From Camelus ferus (Eukaryota): a stretch of 64,000 nt of DNA. Of this stretch, positions 49,720 to 63,260 are shown one piece after another. Both the position numbers and the translations under genes were made by a program. The stretch spans positions 62,250,001-62,314,000 of the forward strand of contig NC_045707.1 in assembly GCF_009834535.1 (NCBI RefSeq), in the 5' to 3' direction. Every line of letters starts with the position of its first letter. Positions within the stretch are counted from its first letter, which is position 1. The notes under the pieces were generated by a model. The model was not told the origin of the DNA. It saw only the letters and a list, made by a program, of their open reading frames with translations, and searched no databases.

Positions 49720-50050
49720 CACTAAGCTCACTGTAACTGGTACATGCACTCCCATTGGTCACCACTTCTTTATTTATATGCAGAGTCGCCTTTGGCTGGA
49801 CTGGAACCACCTACCCAGAGAAGTTCAGTTCACCTCCCTATTCCCATCTTTGACCATCAGCCAATAGTTAACTGACACATTGGAACCAACAGCTGTACCC
49901 CTTACCTCAAGGGAGGCCAATTTGATGTGCAATCTTTGCTTCAGATCATCCTGGTGGGAAGGCCTAGTTTCCATCAGAGATTACATTCTATCTTTGATTT
50001 TGGCCCCTGTCCAATCTCTCTTTCCTTATTCTTCTTCAAGAGAATAGCAG
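49720..50050 (+). mobile_element. LTR16-like ERVL LTR fragment
   Basis: 'cagccaatagttaactgac...ccttacctcaagggaggccaatttgatgtgcaatc..gcttcaga' resembles LTR16; lies directly upstream of a gag remnant. Confidence 0.6.
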
Positions 50051-50089
50051 ACATAAACGACTGAAAAAGAATCTCTCCCTCAGATTTTT

Positions 50090-50700
50090 CCTCTGAAGAC
50101 TTGAGAGAAGTTGTTCTAGGAAGTGGACTTTGCAGATGTGATTCTGGAGTTTGCATAGTTTAGCAGATGAGGGCATTATCACTAGCAGGAGATGGAGTAT
50201 TGACGGTCATAGGCATGATAAGGCAGTATGACTGCTCATACCTTTACCTGTGGTTAGCGGGGTGAGATGCAGATGGAATGAAATTCACTAGCTGGTGCAA
50301 TCTTGGGCAACTGAGAGGTACAGAAAAAAAATGTTAATTATAAGGACAGTGGAATTGGAATGGCTAGTTCACTGAAGAGAGAAAATTACAAGCTTGAGTC
50401 TATTAATCAGCACTTTAAAGCAAAGTGGGTAAATTCAAAAAGCCTTGTACACAGCATTTAAAGAGACCCTCATCATACATAGCCTGTGGTCATAAATAGT
50501 TGAAGGTCAGGCAAGGAACTTAATTTTATGAGTGGGATAAATTCAAAGAAGGCTGAATTCTAAGCCTAAGTAATTCTATTATGTGAAATTTAGGGCCCTC
50601 ACAGGGGAGAAGGAGGACTTTAAGACTTGGGATAGAGATACATCGAAAGGCTCATTTGAGAACCTTGAATCTTCAAGATTTCTCTGAATCCTCTGAGCCT
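50090..50700 (+). mobile_element. ERV-L class internal region, gag remnant (ERV3-16A3-like)
   Basis: Hand-translated YKDSGIG, AFKETLI (50454-50474), QRRLNSKP and VKFRALTGEKEDFKTWDRD resemble ERV-L gag (e.g. KVRALIGKEWDPETWDGD). Confidence 0.75.
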
Positions 50701-52123
50701 GCATTCTTAATTTCTTGAATCCCTAGTATCTTTGGACTTACATTTTAATGCTAGGATTTGTATTTGGTTCTATTTTGTTGATTTAATTTATCTTCTAGGA
50801 TTCTACAATTCTTCTTTTTATTTTCTTGAAAACATTGGTCACATTTATTTTTAATTTTTCTTAACCCCAATACGTAAGTTTTCTAAAGGTTTGTTTATAG
50901 TGTCTGTTTACTTTCTCTAGCTTTTTGGAGTTTTTTTATGAGTGATAATTTATGAGTAAATGCTTGGCATTATACATAAAAACTGTAGAGATAATATTAT
51001 ATTTTGTCTTATCTTATCTTTATAGAGGGTTTGCTTTTGCTTCTTAATGGTTGCTTAACTATAAGCAGGGTGTGTTAATACAATGTATGATTGACTTGAT
51101 TAGTAATGGCCAGAAATCTGAAGCAAACAGCAAACAAGAAAGCAAAAAAATTAATTTTATCATTTTTTAATTTCTGCAGGAAAACCCATTTGTCCTTGTA
51201 GAAATATTTCATTTCTTTTAAAAATGGAGGCTTATGACAAATTCTAAGTTATACATAGAAAAATCATAAAAGCATAAAACATTGTACCTTCCTCAAATAA
51301 ATTTTGAGGGATATTTTTTAAAAGATGAGGCAAAGATATGTTAGATGCTTGCAGCTGAGGTGGGTTAAGAACACTGTAGCAACTAAATAGGTGACTGTAC
51401 AGACCAGGAGGTAAAATGTAAGCCAGGAGAAACTGAAGCAAAATATGCTATCACAAGTTTGTTGGGGTAATTTTGACCAAGAGATCAAAAGAAAGGGCTA
51501 ACAAAGCCACAAAATAGCCTCTATACAAAACACATTAAAGAGGCTGTTATAAAGGCAGTCCTCATAACAAAGGAAAAAAAAAAGTCTGTTTGTGGACAAA
51601 GTGGATGTTGGGGTCCAAAGAAAATTACCAAATGCCTAAACTAGTCATTGAAGGGTCTGAGAAGAACTATTGGAAGTGGATGATTGCAAAAAAAAATAGT
51701 AATTTCGTGGTTTGTGATAGCAGTGAATAGCTGATAACTGCAATTCTATGAAGACTTTGTAGAGCCATCCCATACCACAAATACAATCAGGGGCTGCACA
51801 GGAAGTGACATGACAAATTTCATCTCAACAATGCAAGCAGGTACTAAGTATAGGGTTCGTTGTTTGTCACAGCAGGGAATGGAGGTAAAGATAGTTCTGC
51901 CAAGCTTCAGTCATTATAGTGATGGTCACTTTGTTGAGACTAACCTGAAAGCCATTTTTAAAGGATTCTATTTTTATGGTGAAGGGATTTGCTGTCTATT
52001 TCCTGAAACCAAGAACATTTTTGTTGATTCTTTTTTTCTATTTACTCTTTCAACCGGCTTTATTTGACAATCCTAAGTCAAACAATCAAGTAAAATAATA
52101 GCATTTTAAGACAATGTGTATGC

Positions 52124-52183
<60 letters not shown>
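52124..52183. repeat. (TA)n(GA)n microsatellite
   Basis: Directly visible. Confidence 0.95.
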
Positions 52184-52184
<1 letters not shown>

Positions 52185-52399
52185 ACCCATAGGGCTATGA
52201 ATTTCTAGTTTTATTATACATACATAAAATACAAACATATATCCATAGTATGTAGGTTATATATGTATATTTCTGCATATGTGTGACCTTATGATGCATT
52301 AGCTCCCCAGCCAAAAAGAAATTATTCTGCACATAATTTGAGACTGAGAAACTGCATAGATAAACCATAACTGAATATATTTTGCTATAATTTTAACAG

Positions 52400-52950
52400 A
52401 TGCATCAGTCAACAAATGCTAATTGAATGCCTACAACATATGCTGGCCTTTAAAACTAGGATAGAACTAGCACTATCCCAGCTCAAAGAGCAATTCTTTG
52501 CAAACTAGTTGCATTGCTGCCATCTTCCATAATATGTTAGTAACAATTAAATCTCTGATATTTGCAACGTTAATGATACTCCTTGGAAGACTGAGATGTA
52601 TAACTTGTAAAACTATACACAGAGGCCCTGATAGGATGGCCAAATCATCCCTGTTTTCCCAGGATTTTCCCAGTTTTAGCCCTAAAAAGCTCATTACCAG
52701 GGAAACTCAATCTCAGAACACCAGGATGGTTGGTCACACCCCTGGAAATAGTGGTTAAAAAACATACATAAAGCTCCTGCCTTTAAAGAACTTACATTTA
52801 AGTTTTGAAAAACAGACTGAAAAAATCTAAATGAGTACATAAAACACTTTCATTCAAGCACAGATAAGTGATTTAGGAAGTGAAAAGGAATAAAATTCAG
52901 GATGACTCAAGATTTTGATAGTAGCAATGGAGAGTGTAACCAGCTAAGAT
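52400..52950 (-). mobile_element. L2 LINE fragments
   Basis: 'cagtcaacaaatgctaattgaatgcctac' and 'ctcctgcctttaaagaacttacatttaag' are L2 3' hallmarks. Confidence 0.55.
52632..52743. mobile_element. MER81-like hAT-Blackjack MITE
   Basis: Inverted termini 'taggatggccaaatcatcc' / 'ggatggttggtcacaccc'; internal 'cccagttttagc'. Confidence 0.8.
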
Positions 52951-53789
52951 TAAGAGAAGAAACAGATGATAATTCAGTATTTTTGTTAATAGGTCTCAGA
53001 ACTTTATATATTAGTCAGTTTGTTTTCTTTTCCATTTCATGATAATTCAATTGTAATTAAATGTCTAAACTAGTGCCTCAAGTCAGCCTCAGGAAAGAAC
53101 TCAAGACACTCGTGTTTTATTCCCAGGCTTGTCAATAGTTTGCTGCATGATCTTAAAAAGACAGTTCTTCTGAGCTGAATTTCTTCACCTACAAGTTAAG
53201 CAAGATGGGCAATTTAATTTCTGTGGTTCTGTGTAGGTCTAAAATTCTAGAACAGAACCTTTCCAATCAAGATTTAAATAACTAATATTTTGTCTTTAGA
53301 CATAATAGACATCATGTCACCTATTTCTGTCCAGTTGCTACTCAAATAGTTAAGAAGTAGAAAATAATTGACTTTTTGCCTTTTGAACAATGTTATTTAT
53401 TGTTTCATCCGAAGTTATATGGGGAATAGAAATTTATTGTTGTTTCACATTTTACCCACTGGGAAGGGATAGCAGCTAATAATGGAACTGTTTACAGCAA
53501 AATTCATTTGCACAAAAGAGTTTACTTTCTGTGTGAAGCTGATGAGAGACTTTGAGCTAGTTCATTTCCTCCTCATGACTTCTTAAAAAGACTTTGCACT
53601 TGCTGGGCAATCATTTAAAAGCAAAGTGAAGTTTATAGTTTTATATCCCTTGGGGCTTATACAAAGGAGACAAAGAGCTTCTCAGTGGTAGGGTATTTAA
53701 AACCACTTTAGAGTGCAGTCATCATAAGCAATTATCTCCCCAGTGGCTATTCTTCCAGGGTTCTTTTCACTATATAGACATTAAGACCA

Positions 53790-53985
53790 TGTGCCTTAGA
53801 ATCCAATAATCTAGTTTGGAAACCAGCTCAGTTGTTAGTTATGACACTGTGGATGGAATAATTACCTCCTTTTATAAAACAGATAATATTTCCTGTATTA
53901 TAGAGTTGTTTGGAGTTTAAGGATGATAATATAAAGTACTGAGTACAGTACTTGAAACATACTAACTCCCCAATAAATGATTCCT
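53790..53985 (+). mobile_element. MIR SINE
   Basis: 'atagagttgtttggagtttaaggatgataatataaagtactgagtacagtacttgaaacata..caataaatg'. Confidence 0.65.
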
Positions 53986-55664
53986 AGAACCATGATTATT
54001 TCAAAACCCAAAACCAGTCCTGCGAGACAGGTTATAATAAAGCAGTGGCTCACCATTTGGCATTACTGAGCAATCTTTTACTATACCTAAGCCAGTTTCA
54101 TCTATTATGCCAGTATATTTGTAAATGTGGTAAATTTCAGGGTGGTCAATAAGTTAGACCTTGGATTTCAGCAATTTGAGATCATAGCTGTCTCTTCTAA
54201 GTGTGGTACAGACACATATAAGCAAGTAACTATTTTAGTTGGCAGTGTGTATCAGCTGACATTAGACCTAAGTGGACACTGGAACCATGAAATATGTGAA
54301 TATTAGACATGTTTAACCTAAATAGATGACATGAAATATGAGTTTAATCAGTTTTAGAAAAAAACAAGACTGTCACAGATTATAAGTAGAATCAATTGTT
54401 TTTCTCTTATTCTTTTGTTTTAATTATGAAAACAGGGGAATTGTTCACACTTTTCTAGAAAGAATTTTACACAGAAAAAAGCAGTTCATTTGAAACAGAA
54501 AATAGTCTTCAAATCCAAGCTCAAGATGTGCTGATATTTGTAAGAGCTTTGCCCTATATAAGGTTGAAAATTATTGTTTTATAGACACAAATAAGATTAG
54601 CTAATACAAATAAAATGACTAATGAAATGTCTTTAACTTATAGAGTAGAATGCACTCATACTGCTTTATGTTTTATTTTGGCTTACAGAATGAGTAGAGA
54701 AGAAATTAAAGTTTTAAAGACTTAATACCTAATTCTGCTGTGTTAAGAGGTTTAGCTCCCTGTGCACAATCCCCGTGCTCTAATGGCATCTCCCTGAGTC
54801 TTCACACCATCACTGAACTCTGCTATTTCAACAATACAAGGATAAGAATGCACTCATATCATATTTCCATTCCAAGAAGCAAGGCAATTTCTGATCACAT
54901 GAATGCTTTCCTTCCAGGAAACAGATAGAACAGAGCATTTCTTTTCTTTCTTTCTTTCTTTCTTTTTTTTTTTTTTTTTTGAAAAAGAGATCACTATAGA
55001 TCTCAGTACAAAATTTATTTGACATGATAATGAAAGAAAGACTACATAGAAAATGCAAAACAAAATAAACCAAAACAAAAAGCTTTCTTTGGTAAATAAT
55101 TTAACATTTTTATATTGTTAAAGGGTTTTTTTCTATAACTAATGTTAATATTAATAGACAAGACTATCTTTTTCTTCTTTCTAATCCTTAGAAATTTCTA
55201 GTTTTCTGCTCTTCTACTGAAAGCATGTATTTATTAGCATTTTCATCATTTAAAAAAATGGCATATCACCTCTTGGAAAGTTGTCACTAAAGGAAAATTT
55301 TCACCGGTTTTTAAAGGAAATATTAATAGTAGTATTCAGGAAAAGTGAAGTTTTATCCCTTTTGTGCTTATAATATCTCAAATTTTAAAGAATTCCTATT
55401 TCTTCTCACTAAAAGCTCTATAGACAAAGATCATTTTTGTGCACATATGACTCTGTCTTTGTGATTATTCCTGGAATTTTTTGGTATTCTTTATTTACAT
55501 ATACCTTTCGGATAGCTCATCATACTATTGATATTCTTACCGTATTACAAAGACTACACTTACCACGCATGAAGAACTATTTATGGTGAGGAATACAAAG
55601 TAAAAAATATGAGTCAGGATTAAATTTCCTTTTTCTAGTTCATGGATTCTCCTCCTAGTTTAAA

Positions 55665-56045
55665 AAGTTTTTAACTATTTCTTTGAAGCAATTTTAGATT
55701 TACTGTCATGTTGCAGGGAAAGTACAGAGAATCCCCATGTACCCCTCACCTAGCTTTCCCCAATTCCAATAACTTTTATAACCAGAGCAAAATACCTAAA
55801 CTAAATAATTAATGTCAGTACAGTATTATTAACTAAACCACAACTTTTTTTTGAATTTCAACAGTTTTTTAATTGTTAGATTTTTCCCTAAACTCAAAAG
55901 TCAGATCACACATTTCATTTAGATTTATGTTCCCTTAGTATTAATCAATCCAGAATGTTTCTTGATTTTTCATAGTTGTTCATCTCAATACTTCTGTAGA
56001 GTGGTGGTCAATTATTTTGTAAGATGTTCTTTAATTTTGCTTTGT
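55665..56045 (-). mobile_element. Old L1 3' UTR (L1MC/MD-type)
   Basis: 'aattttagatttac...gtacagagaatccccatgtacccctcacctagctttcccc'. Confidence 0.7.
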
Positions 56046-57110
56046 GCATTTTCATGGTATATTTTTCCATCCTTTTACTTCTAAGCTATACATATCTTTG
56101 TATTTATAATTGATTTATTGTATATTGTATGTAGTTGAGTCTTGCTTTAAAGGACAGAAAATATTTCTTTTAGCTGGTATGTTTAAACCATTCCTATTTT
56201 AATATGATTATTAATAACCAGTTAATGGGCATATTTTTACTTCTCCTAGGGTATAAATTTGAAATAATTCAGTTGAAGTCATTACTGTTGTTTTAAATGA
56301 TTAATTATATTTTTAAAAATTCAGAAATGAGAAAAATAACTTTTATATTTACCTCCAAATTTATAATTTCCTATGTTTATTCTTTTACTAGATCCAATTT
56401 TTCAACTTGGATCATTTTCCTATTCCTTGAAGAATTAATTTAACATTTTTTACAGTACTGATCTATTGTCTCTCACTATTTGCCTGAAAAATTCTTTATT
56501 TCATACATTTTAAAAATATTTTTTTCTGAGTATTGATGGTGTTCTATTGATGCCACATTCCCAAGTTTCTCACAAATTGTCTGCTGTCATTATCTTTGTT
56601 CCTTTGAAGGAAATATGCCTGTTTTTCACTGGCTTTTTATAAAATTTTCTTTTTCACTGGTTTTAAGGAATTTAATTATGCTGTGTCTTGTATGATTTTC
56701 TTTATTTTTGCATAGAGTTAATCAAGTTTCTTGAATCTGTAGATTGGTAGTTTTTATCAAACTTGGAAAATACTTCTGAATTACTTCTTCAAATATTTTA
56801 TTCTTTCCCACTCTCTCTCCCCTCTCTAATTTCTGAACTCCTAATATATTTGAGACATTTAATATTTTCTCACAAGTCACAGTGGTTTGCTTTCTTTTTC
56901 AATCTTTTACTTTTCTATGACTTTTTTGTATAGTTTTTATTGCTACATCTTAAATTTCATTGATTCCCCACCCCCAAGGTCTTTAATCTTCCCTAATCTT
57001 TCCACTTTTTTTAAAAAAAAAAAAATTCAGGTATAACATTTCTTATTATGAAAAGTTTATTTGATTTTTTTTATAACTTCTGTTCCTCCAATTATCTTAG
57101 TTTATTGTCT
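56046..57110 (-). mobile_element. Old L1 ORF1/ORF2-junction fragment
   Basis: 'ttttccatccttttacttc...gtagttgagtcttgcttt', T-rich antisense L1 pattern. Confidence 0.65.
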
Positions 57111-57119
57111 TTAAGTAAT

Positions 57120-59475
57120 CAACACAATTCCAGATAAACAAAAGCTGAAGGGATTTATTACCACTAGATCTGACCTATAAGAAATGATAAAGGGAGCCAT
57201 TAAGATGGAAGTGAAAGAACTCTAGATGGTAATTTAAAGCCATATGAAAAAATAAGGTTCTCTGGGAAAGGTAAATACATGAGTGAATAAAAAAGAAAGT
57301 ATTAGTATATTTTTGGTTTGCAACTCCACTTTTTATTGGGCCCGCAACACATGAAGAATCAGTTTTTGATGATGACGACATAAAGGAGGTAAGATGAGGG
57401 TATACAGAAGCAGCTTTTGTATACTTTTGAAGTTAAATTAATACCAATTTAAATTAGACTGCTTTAAATTTAGCATGTAAAATGTAACATCAACAGTAAC
57501 CAGAAAGAAAATATCTAAAAATTATATACACAAAAAAGTAAAAGAGAATCAAAACGATTCATTTAAAAAAAAATCAACTAAACACAAAGAAGGTTGCAAT
57601 GAAGAAAATAAGAGATAGACAATATATGAGAATTATTTATAAGACCTACAGGAAACAAACATCAAAATAGCAAAAGTAAATCCTTCTTTATTAGTAATTA
57701 CTCTAAACATATATGGATTAAACTCCCCAGTAAAAAGATACAGATAAGCAGAATGGATAAAAAAGGAAATCACAAGATTTCACAAAATCTTTAACCAAAA
57801 GAGAGCTGAGGTGCATGGCTATTCATTTATCAGACAAAATATAGTTTAAATCAGTAACTATTAAAAGAGACAAAGAAGGACATTATATATTGATAAATAT
57901 GTCAAATTATCAAGAAGCGATAAAATTTATAATTACATACACCAAAACCAGAGCTCCGCCTCCTCAAAATATATGAAGGAAACAGTTGAAAGACTGACGG
58001 GAGAAACAGACAGCTGAACAATAATAGCTAGAGACTGCAGTATACTACTTTCAAAAGTTGGTAGAATATCTGTACAGGAAATCATCATGGAAATTGAGGA
58101 CTTGAAAAATACTGCCAGCAATCAAGACCTAACAGACATATAGAGAACTCTCCATTCAACGGCAAAATGCATATTCTTATTACATACACATAGAACATTC
58201 TCCAGGATAAACCATATATCAGGCCACAAAACAGGTCTCAATGGTTGGAAGCTAAAGCTCAACAGCAGAAGGAAAACTGAAAAAAGAAATATATAGGAAT
58301 TAAACAACATGTTAAATAACCAAGGCGTCAAAGTAGAAATCACAAAATAGAGATAAACAAAAACTGAAAGAACGCATACCAAAACGTGTGGGGTGCAGGA
58401 AAAGCAATGCTTGTATGAAAATTTATAAATATAAATTCGTAAATCAAGAAATAATAAAGATTTCAAATCAACAAACTAATTTTATCAAGAACTAGAGGAA
58501 AAGAAAAAACAGAATAAAGTAAGTCCAAAGCTTGAAGAAGGAAGTAAATAATAAAGATTAGAGCAGAAACAAATACTATAGAGAATAGAAAAACAATGGA
58601 GAGAACCAATAAGACCAAAATTATTTTTTAAAAGATCAAGAAAATAGGCAAATACTTAGTTTGCCTCATAAAGAAGAGAAAAGACACAAATAACTAAAGT
58701 CAGAAATGAGAATGGGAATATTACTACCAACCTACAGAAATAAAAAGGACTATAAGATAATGCTAAGAACGATTCTATGCCAGCAAATTGCCCTAGATGA
58801 AACAGATCAATTCCTATAAGCACACAAAATGCCTAAGGACTCAAAATGAAGTAGGCAATCTTAACAGACCAATAGCAAGAGACTGAATCAGCAATCAGAA
58901 ATCTCCCAGCAAACTCCAGGACCAGGTGGCTTCACTAATAAATCCTATCAAAGACTTAGAGAAGAATTATCACTATTTTACCTCAAATGCTTTAAAAAAA
59001 GTAATAAAAAAGGGAGGAACACTTCATAACTTATTCTTTGAGGCAAACATTATCCTGATACTTTCAAAGCCAGTTAAAAATATCACAAGAATAGAAAACT
59101 ACAGACCAGTATTCCTTATGAATATTGATTTTAAAACCTTCAGCATAACACTAGGAAACTAAATCCAACGGCATATTATAAGGACCACCATATACCATGG
59201 CCAAATGAGATTTATCCCTGGAATATAAGGTTGTTTCAATCAATCACTGTAATACATAAAATGGAATGAAGGGAAAAAAACAAATGATCATCTCAATTTA
59301 TGCAGAAAGGTCATTTTTCCAAATCCAACACCCTTTTGTGATTAAAAAAAAAAAAAACTCATGAAAGTAGGTCTAAAATGGATCTCTTGCAGCATGATAA
59401 GGGGTATTTATTAAAAAAAAAAAAACTACAGTAAACATCATACTCAATGATGAAAGACTGAAAGCTTTCTTCCAA
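57120..59475 (+). mobile_element. L1 fragment: ORF1 C-terminus, ORF2 endonuclease through RT start (decayed)
   Basis: PDKQKLKGFITTR (ORF1); 'aaaagagacaaagaaggacattatata' (endonuclease); ORF 58926-59162 'LHNLFFEANIILI..ENYRPVFLMNID'. Confidence 0.9.
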
Positions 59476-59477
59476 TA

Positions 59478-59668
59478 TGTATTAGTCTGCTATGGTCAAC
59501 GTAACAGAATACCACAGACTGAGTGGCTTAAACAACAGAAATTTATTTTGTTACATTTCACAAAGCTAGAAGTCCAAGGCCAAGCTGCCATCAGGCATGG
59601 TTTCTGGTAAGACTTCCCTTCCTGGTGTGTAGACAGCCACCTTGATTGCTGTGTCCTACATGGCCTTT
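59478..59668 (-). mobile_element. MLT1A/B-type MaLR LTR fragment
   Basis: 'tgtattagtctgct...taacagaataccacagactgagtggcttaaacaacagaaatttatt...gctagaagtccaag'. Confidence 0.88.
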
Positions 59669-59679
59669 ATTTCTAATTT

Positions 59680-60740
59680 TGAAAAATTATGAGGCTTTTA
59701 GAGAAAATATCCATGAGACCAATAAGAATGAAACATAGCAAAAACATAAAAACTAACAGTAAACTACATAAAAAGAAAATACCACTAATAACAAGAAAAA
59801 AAAGGAAGTAGTACTCAAGTTAATAAATCATAATTACAGATATTTCTTAATAAAAGATATCAAAATAAAAATTGTATGTTATCTTGACAACAATTAATCC
59901 TTTATACATAAAGCCTGTAAGATGTGAAAAAGGCAACAGTCAGAAGAAAAATTACAGTTTGAAAGGCATTAAAGTAAAAACAAGAAATATAGAAAAGAAT
60001 ATGCTTTCATATAAAGTGAATGGGAAAATAGCTAAACAAACCAAAAGGAAGTAGAGATACAAAAATAACAAAATATGGATAGTAATAGGAAGACATACTA
60101 CTACAGTTAAATAACAAAAATAATAGTTTTTTAAAAATTCAAACAAAAACTTTAGAAATTATTTTTTGAAGTGGATCAAAGACAGAAATTAACAATATCT
60201 AGAAAGAATGATAACTATAGATATGAAAGCATTTAAATTTTATAGAATTGTACATCTTTATACACATTAATTTTAAAATCTAATTAGAAAGAAAGTTTTG
60301 TAGGTAAATTTAATTGACAAGAATAACTGAAAAAGAAGTAGAAAACTTGAAAAACACTCAAAAAGGATAAAATTATTAAATACCTACCCAAATATACACT
60401 AAGCCTAGATGGTCATAGAGTTTGACCTTAAGTAATTTTCGAGGAATAAATCTAAGTATTTACAGAGCTCCAAAGCGTAGAAAAAGGTTGGAAAATTACA
60501 GATAATGAACATAACCCTGAAACTAGAACCAATAAAGGAAAGAACAACAAAAGAATGCTTGAGACCAATATCACTTTAGAAAATTCATGCAAATATCCTA
60601 AATAACACACTGGGAAACATACTTCAAAGTTATTTAAATAGCAGTACACCTTGACCAAGAAGTACTTGCTTAGCTATTCAAAGATGCTGTGATATTATAA
60701 ATTTTGCCAATGCAATTCACTTCATTATCAGTTTCAAAGT
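59680..60740 (+). mobile_element. Highly decayed L1 ORF2 fragments
   Basis: A-rich; 'cataaccctgaaactagaacc', 'agaccaatatcact...atgcaaatatcctaaataa'. Confidence 0.55.
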
Positions 60741-60764
60741 AAAGTGCTCAGAGTCTACTAATGT

Positions 60765-62020
60765 AGAAATAACTTCTCTTGTATCAACTCTTTCAGCCAA
60801 TAACTATAATATCTGGATAAAATTTAAATAATGACTGCTTGAAAGCATTGGAAGATCATCAGAAGTAAGCAGGCACTGGATGGCAGCCTACACTTGGGAT
60901 AAGGAGACAGCACTGGTGAGTATCAGCTACCAGACTTCAAGATTTTTCCAGAGAGTGAGCCGAGTATTACTGGCTTGAACAACAAGAAGACAGAGATTGG
61001 GGTAAAATAGCAACTGAAAAGGAAGAAACATAAGTCACAGAGAGAACCATATGTTTTACCCCCACATTTTCTGAAAATCTCTGCCCAGATCCCAAACTGA
61101 CTCCTAAACTATGTGTGTGGGTAAGACTTCAAGACGCTGAGCTAAGAACCAAAGAAAGAAACAGAAATTCTGCTGTAAACTATGACAGGGGAAGACAAAA
61201 TTTGGAGTTTGAGTCTGGCCAATTTCACCAGTTTTCTTAAAAAGAGAAATCAACATTTTTCAGAGAAACATAATGGAATTTAGAACTTACGCTATGTATT
61301 ATTCATATCTACGACATATTCCAGAATTACTAAGTGTAGGAAGAAGTAAGAAAATGTGACCAAGATTTAAGTAGAAAGGCAATCAGTACAGGCTAATCTC
61401 AAGAAGATCCAGATGTTGGAATTAGTAGACAAGCATTTTAAAACAGCTATTATAACTATGCTCAAAGACATGTGCTGAGATAAATTAGAGTTAAATCGAC
61501 GGAGCAATATAAATTGTTCATGGATTGGGATATTCAATATTATTATGTCAGTTTTATCCACATTGATCTACAGGTTCGATGAAATACCAGTCAAAATGCT
61601 AACAGCCTATTTTTTTGTGGAAAATGACAAGTTGGTTCTAAAATTTGTATGAATTCAAAGGGCCTGGAATATACGAAACATCTCTTAAAAAAAAAAAAAA
61701 GCTTGGAGAACATACACTAGCAGATCGCAATGCTTACTAGATAAAGCTTCATTATCGTAACATGGAAGCCGTGGTGTAAAGAGAGGCAAATTGATCAATG
61801 ATACAGAATCGAAAGCCCACAAATAGACTCGCACATATATATATTTAATTAAATTTGGCAATGGGGTCATAGCAATTCAGCGGGAAGAGGATAGTATTTT
61901 TAACAAATGATGCTGGAAAAGTTGGATAACTGCATATAAAAACATGAACTTCTATCCTTAATTAACAACATATACCACAGATAAAACAAAAGCAAGAACA
62001 AACTCAAACTAGAATGCAGA
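60765..62020 (+). mobile_element. Old L1: 5' UTR/ORF1 start fused near 61470 to post-RT ORF2
   Basis: 'ccagatgttggaattagtagacaagcattttaaaacagctattataactatgctcaaag' (ORF1 start) directly followed by 'tgttcatggattggga..atctacaggttcgatgaaataccagtcaaaat' (ORF2). Confidence 0.7.
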
Positions 62021-62029
62021 CTGTGTATT

Positions 62030-62204
62030 GCAAGGAAAAGGATCGTCCCTTAGAGCCTGTGGAAAAGACCATAGTCCTATCAGCACCTTGATTTTAGCCA
62101 GAGGCCTGTGTTGGAATTCTGACCTATGGAAATACAATAAACTTGTTGTTTTAAGTCACTAAGGGTTTGGTAATTTTTTTCCGGCAGCAACAAAAACTTA
62201 CCAC
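62030..62204 (+). mobile_element. MLT1C/D-type MaLR LTR 3' part
   Basis: 'caaggaaaaggatcgtcccttagagcct...caccttgattttagcc...aataaacttgttgttttaagtcacta'. Confidence 0.82.
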
Positions 62205-63044
62205 AAAACCTCTTTCTTGATGTATATGATCTCTAACATGTCTATAAGCTTTCTCTCTCTCTTTTTTTTTATTCAGTAAGAATCCAGTGAGTGGAAGTAG
62301 ACAAAATAGTCAGTTAAAAAAAAATGCTAAAATCTGATATGTGAATCTCAGTTTTCACAGTCATTATACAGATGTCATTTTCTTTAGGTGAGATGATGGA
62401 GTTGCTATCCTCAACAGACCTGCATATCGTTCAGTGCAGACTAAATGAGAAGACCCATCTAACAACCACAATGTACTGATGGAGTACCTCTTTTCAGCTC
62501 ACCAACAGGAAGATGAAATCAGCTTCAGGGAAAACATAATGAGTCCCAGGCTAGAGCCACACATTGGAAATGAGCTGAACCAGACATGGAGCAGAAATAG
62601 GGCCAAGAAGGGCGCCAAGCCTGGTTCAGGACATGACTGAGTGGGAAAGAGAATGAAGGTCCAAATGCAATAGTATGAAGCTGTAACAGGACGGAAAGGA
62701 CTCTTTTGTGATTGTGCAGGATTGCTAGCTCAGCTTTCTCCAGTAGGAAAGAGGCCCAGCCCCTGGCAGTTCTGAGGAGTACACAGAGGCCCAGCAATGA
62801 CAAACCATAATTTTTTGCAGCTTCACTCTGCTGACAGCTGAAATGAAAACCTGCTAGTGTTCAGTAACAGGTCATCGTTGCTATGACATTTTCAGATATA
62901 AGGAATATTAAAATCCTTTGGCTCAGATAACCATGGTGAAATAGTTTAGGTCTACTTACTTACTGTTTCTATCTATCAAATATTTACATCCATAGTAGCA
63001 GGCATTTTTAGAGATAGAAGAAAACTTAGAAATCATCGAAAGGT

Positions 63045-63260
63045 TCCATATGCAACACTGCAGCCACTAGCCACGCTGGCTACTGAGCACTTGAAATGTG
63101 GCCAATCCAAATTGAAATGTGCAATAGGTATAAAATATTCACTAGCTTTCCTAGCCTTAGTATAAAAAGAAGAGTGTAAAATGCCTCATTTACAACTTTT
63201 TTCAAAAATTGATTACATGTGGAAATGTTAATATTAGATTTATTGAGTTAAATAATATCT
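63045..63260. mobile_element. MER33-like hAT-Charlie MITE fragment
   Basis: 'cagccactagccacgctggctactgagcacttgaaatgtggccaatccaaattg...gattacatgtggaaatgttaat'. Confidence 0.8.

Noticed and set aside
13955..50700. The two ERV-L remnants as halves of one provirus
   Set aside because: The order is wrong (pol and 3' LTR lie upstream of 5' LTR and gag) and the LTR types differ.
54912..55476. Isolated GAS motifs (TTCCAGGAA 54912, TTCCTGGAA 55468)
   Set aside because: Single matches without supporting context; they recur elsewhere in the window by chance.
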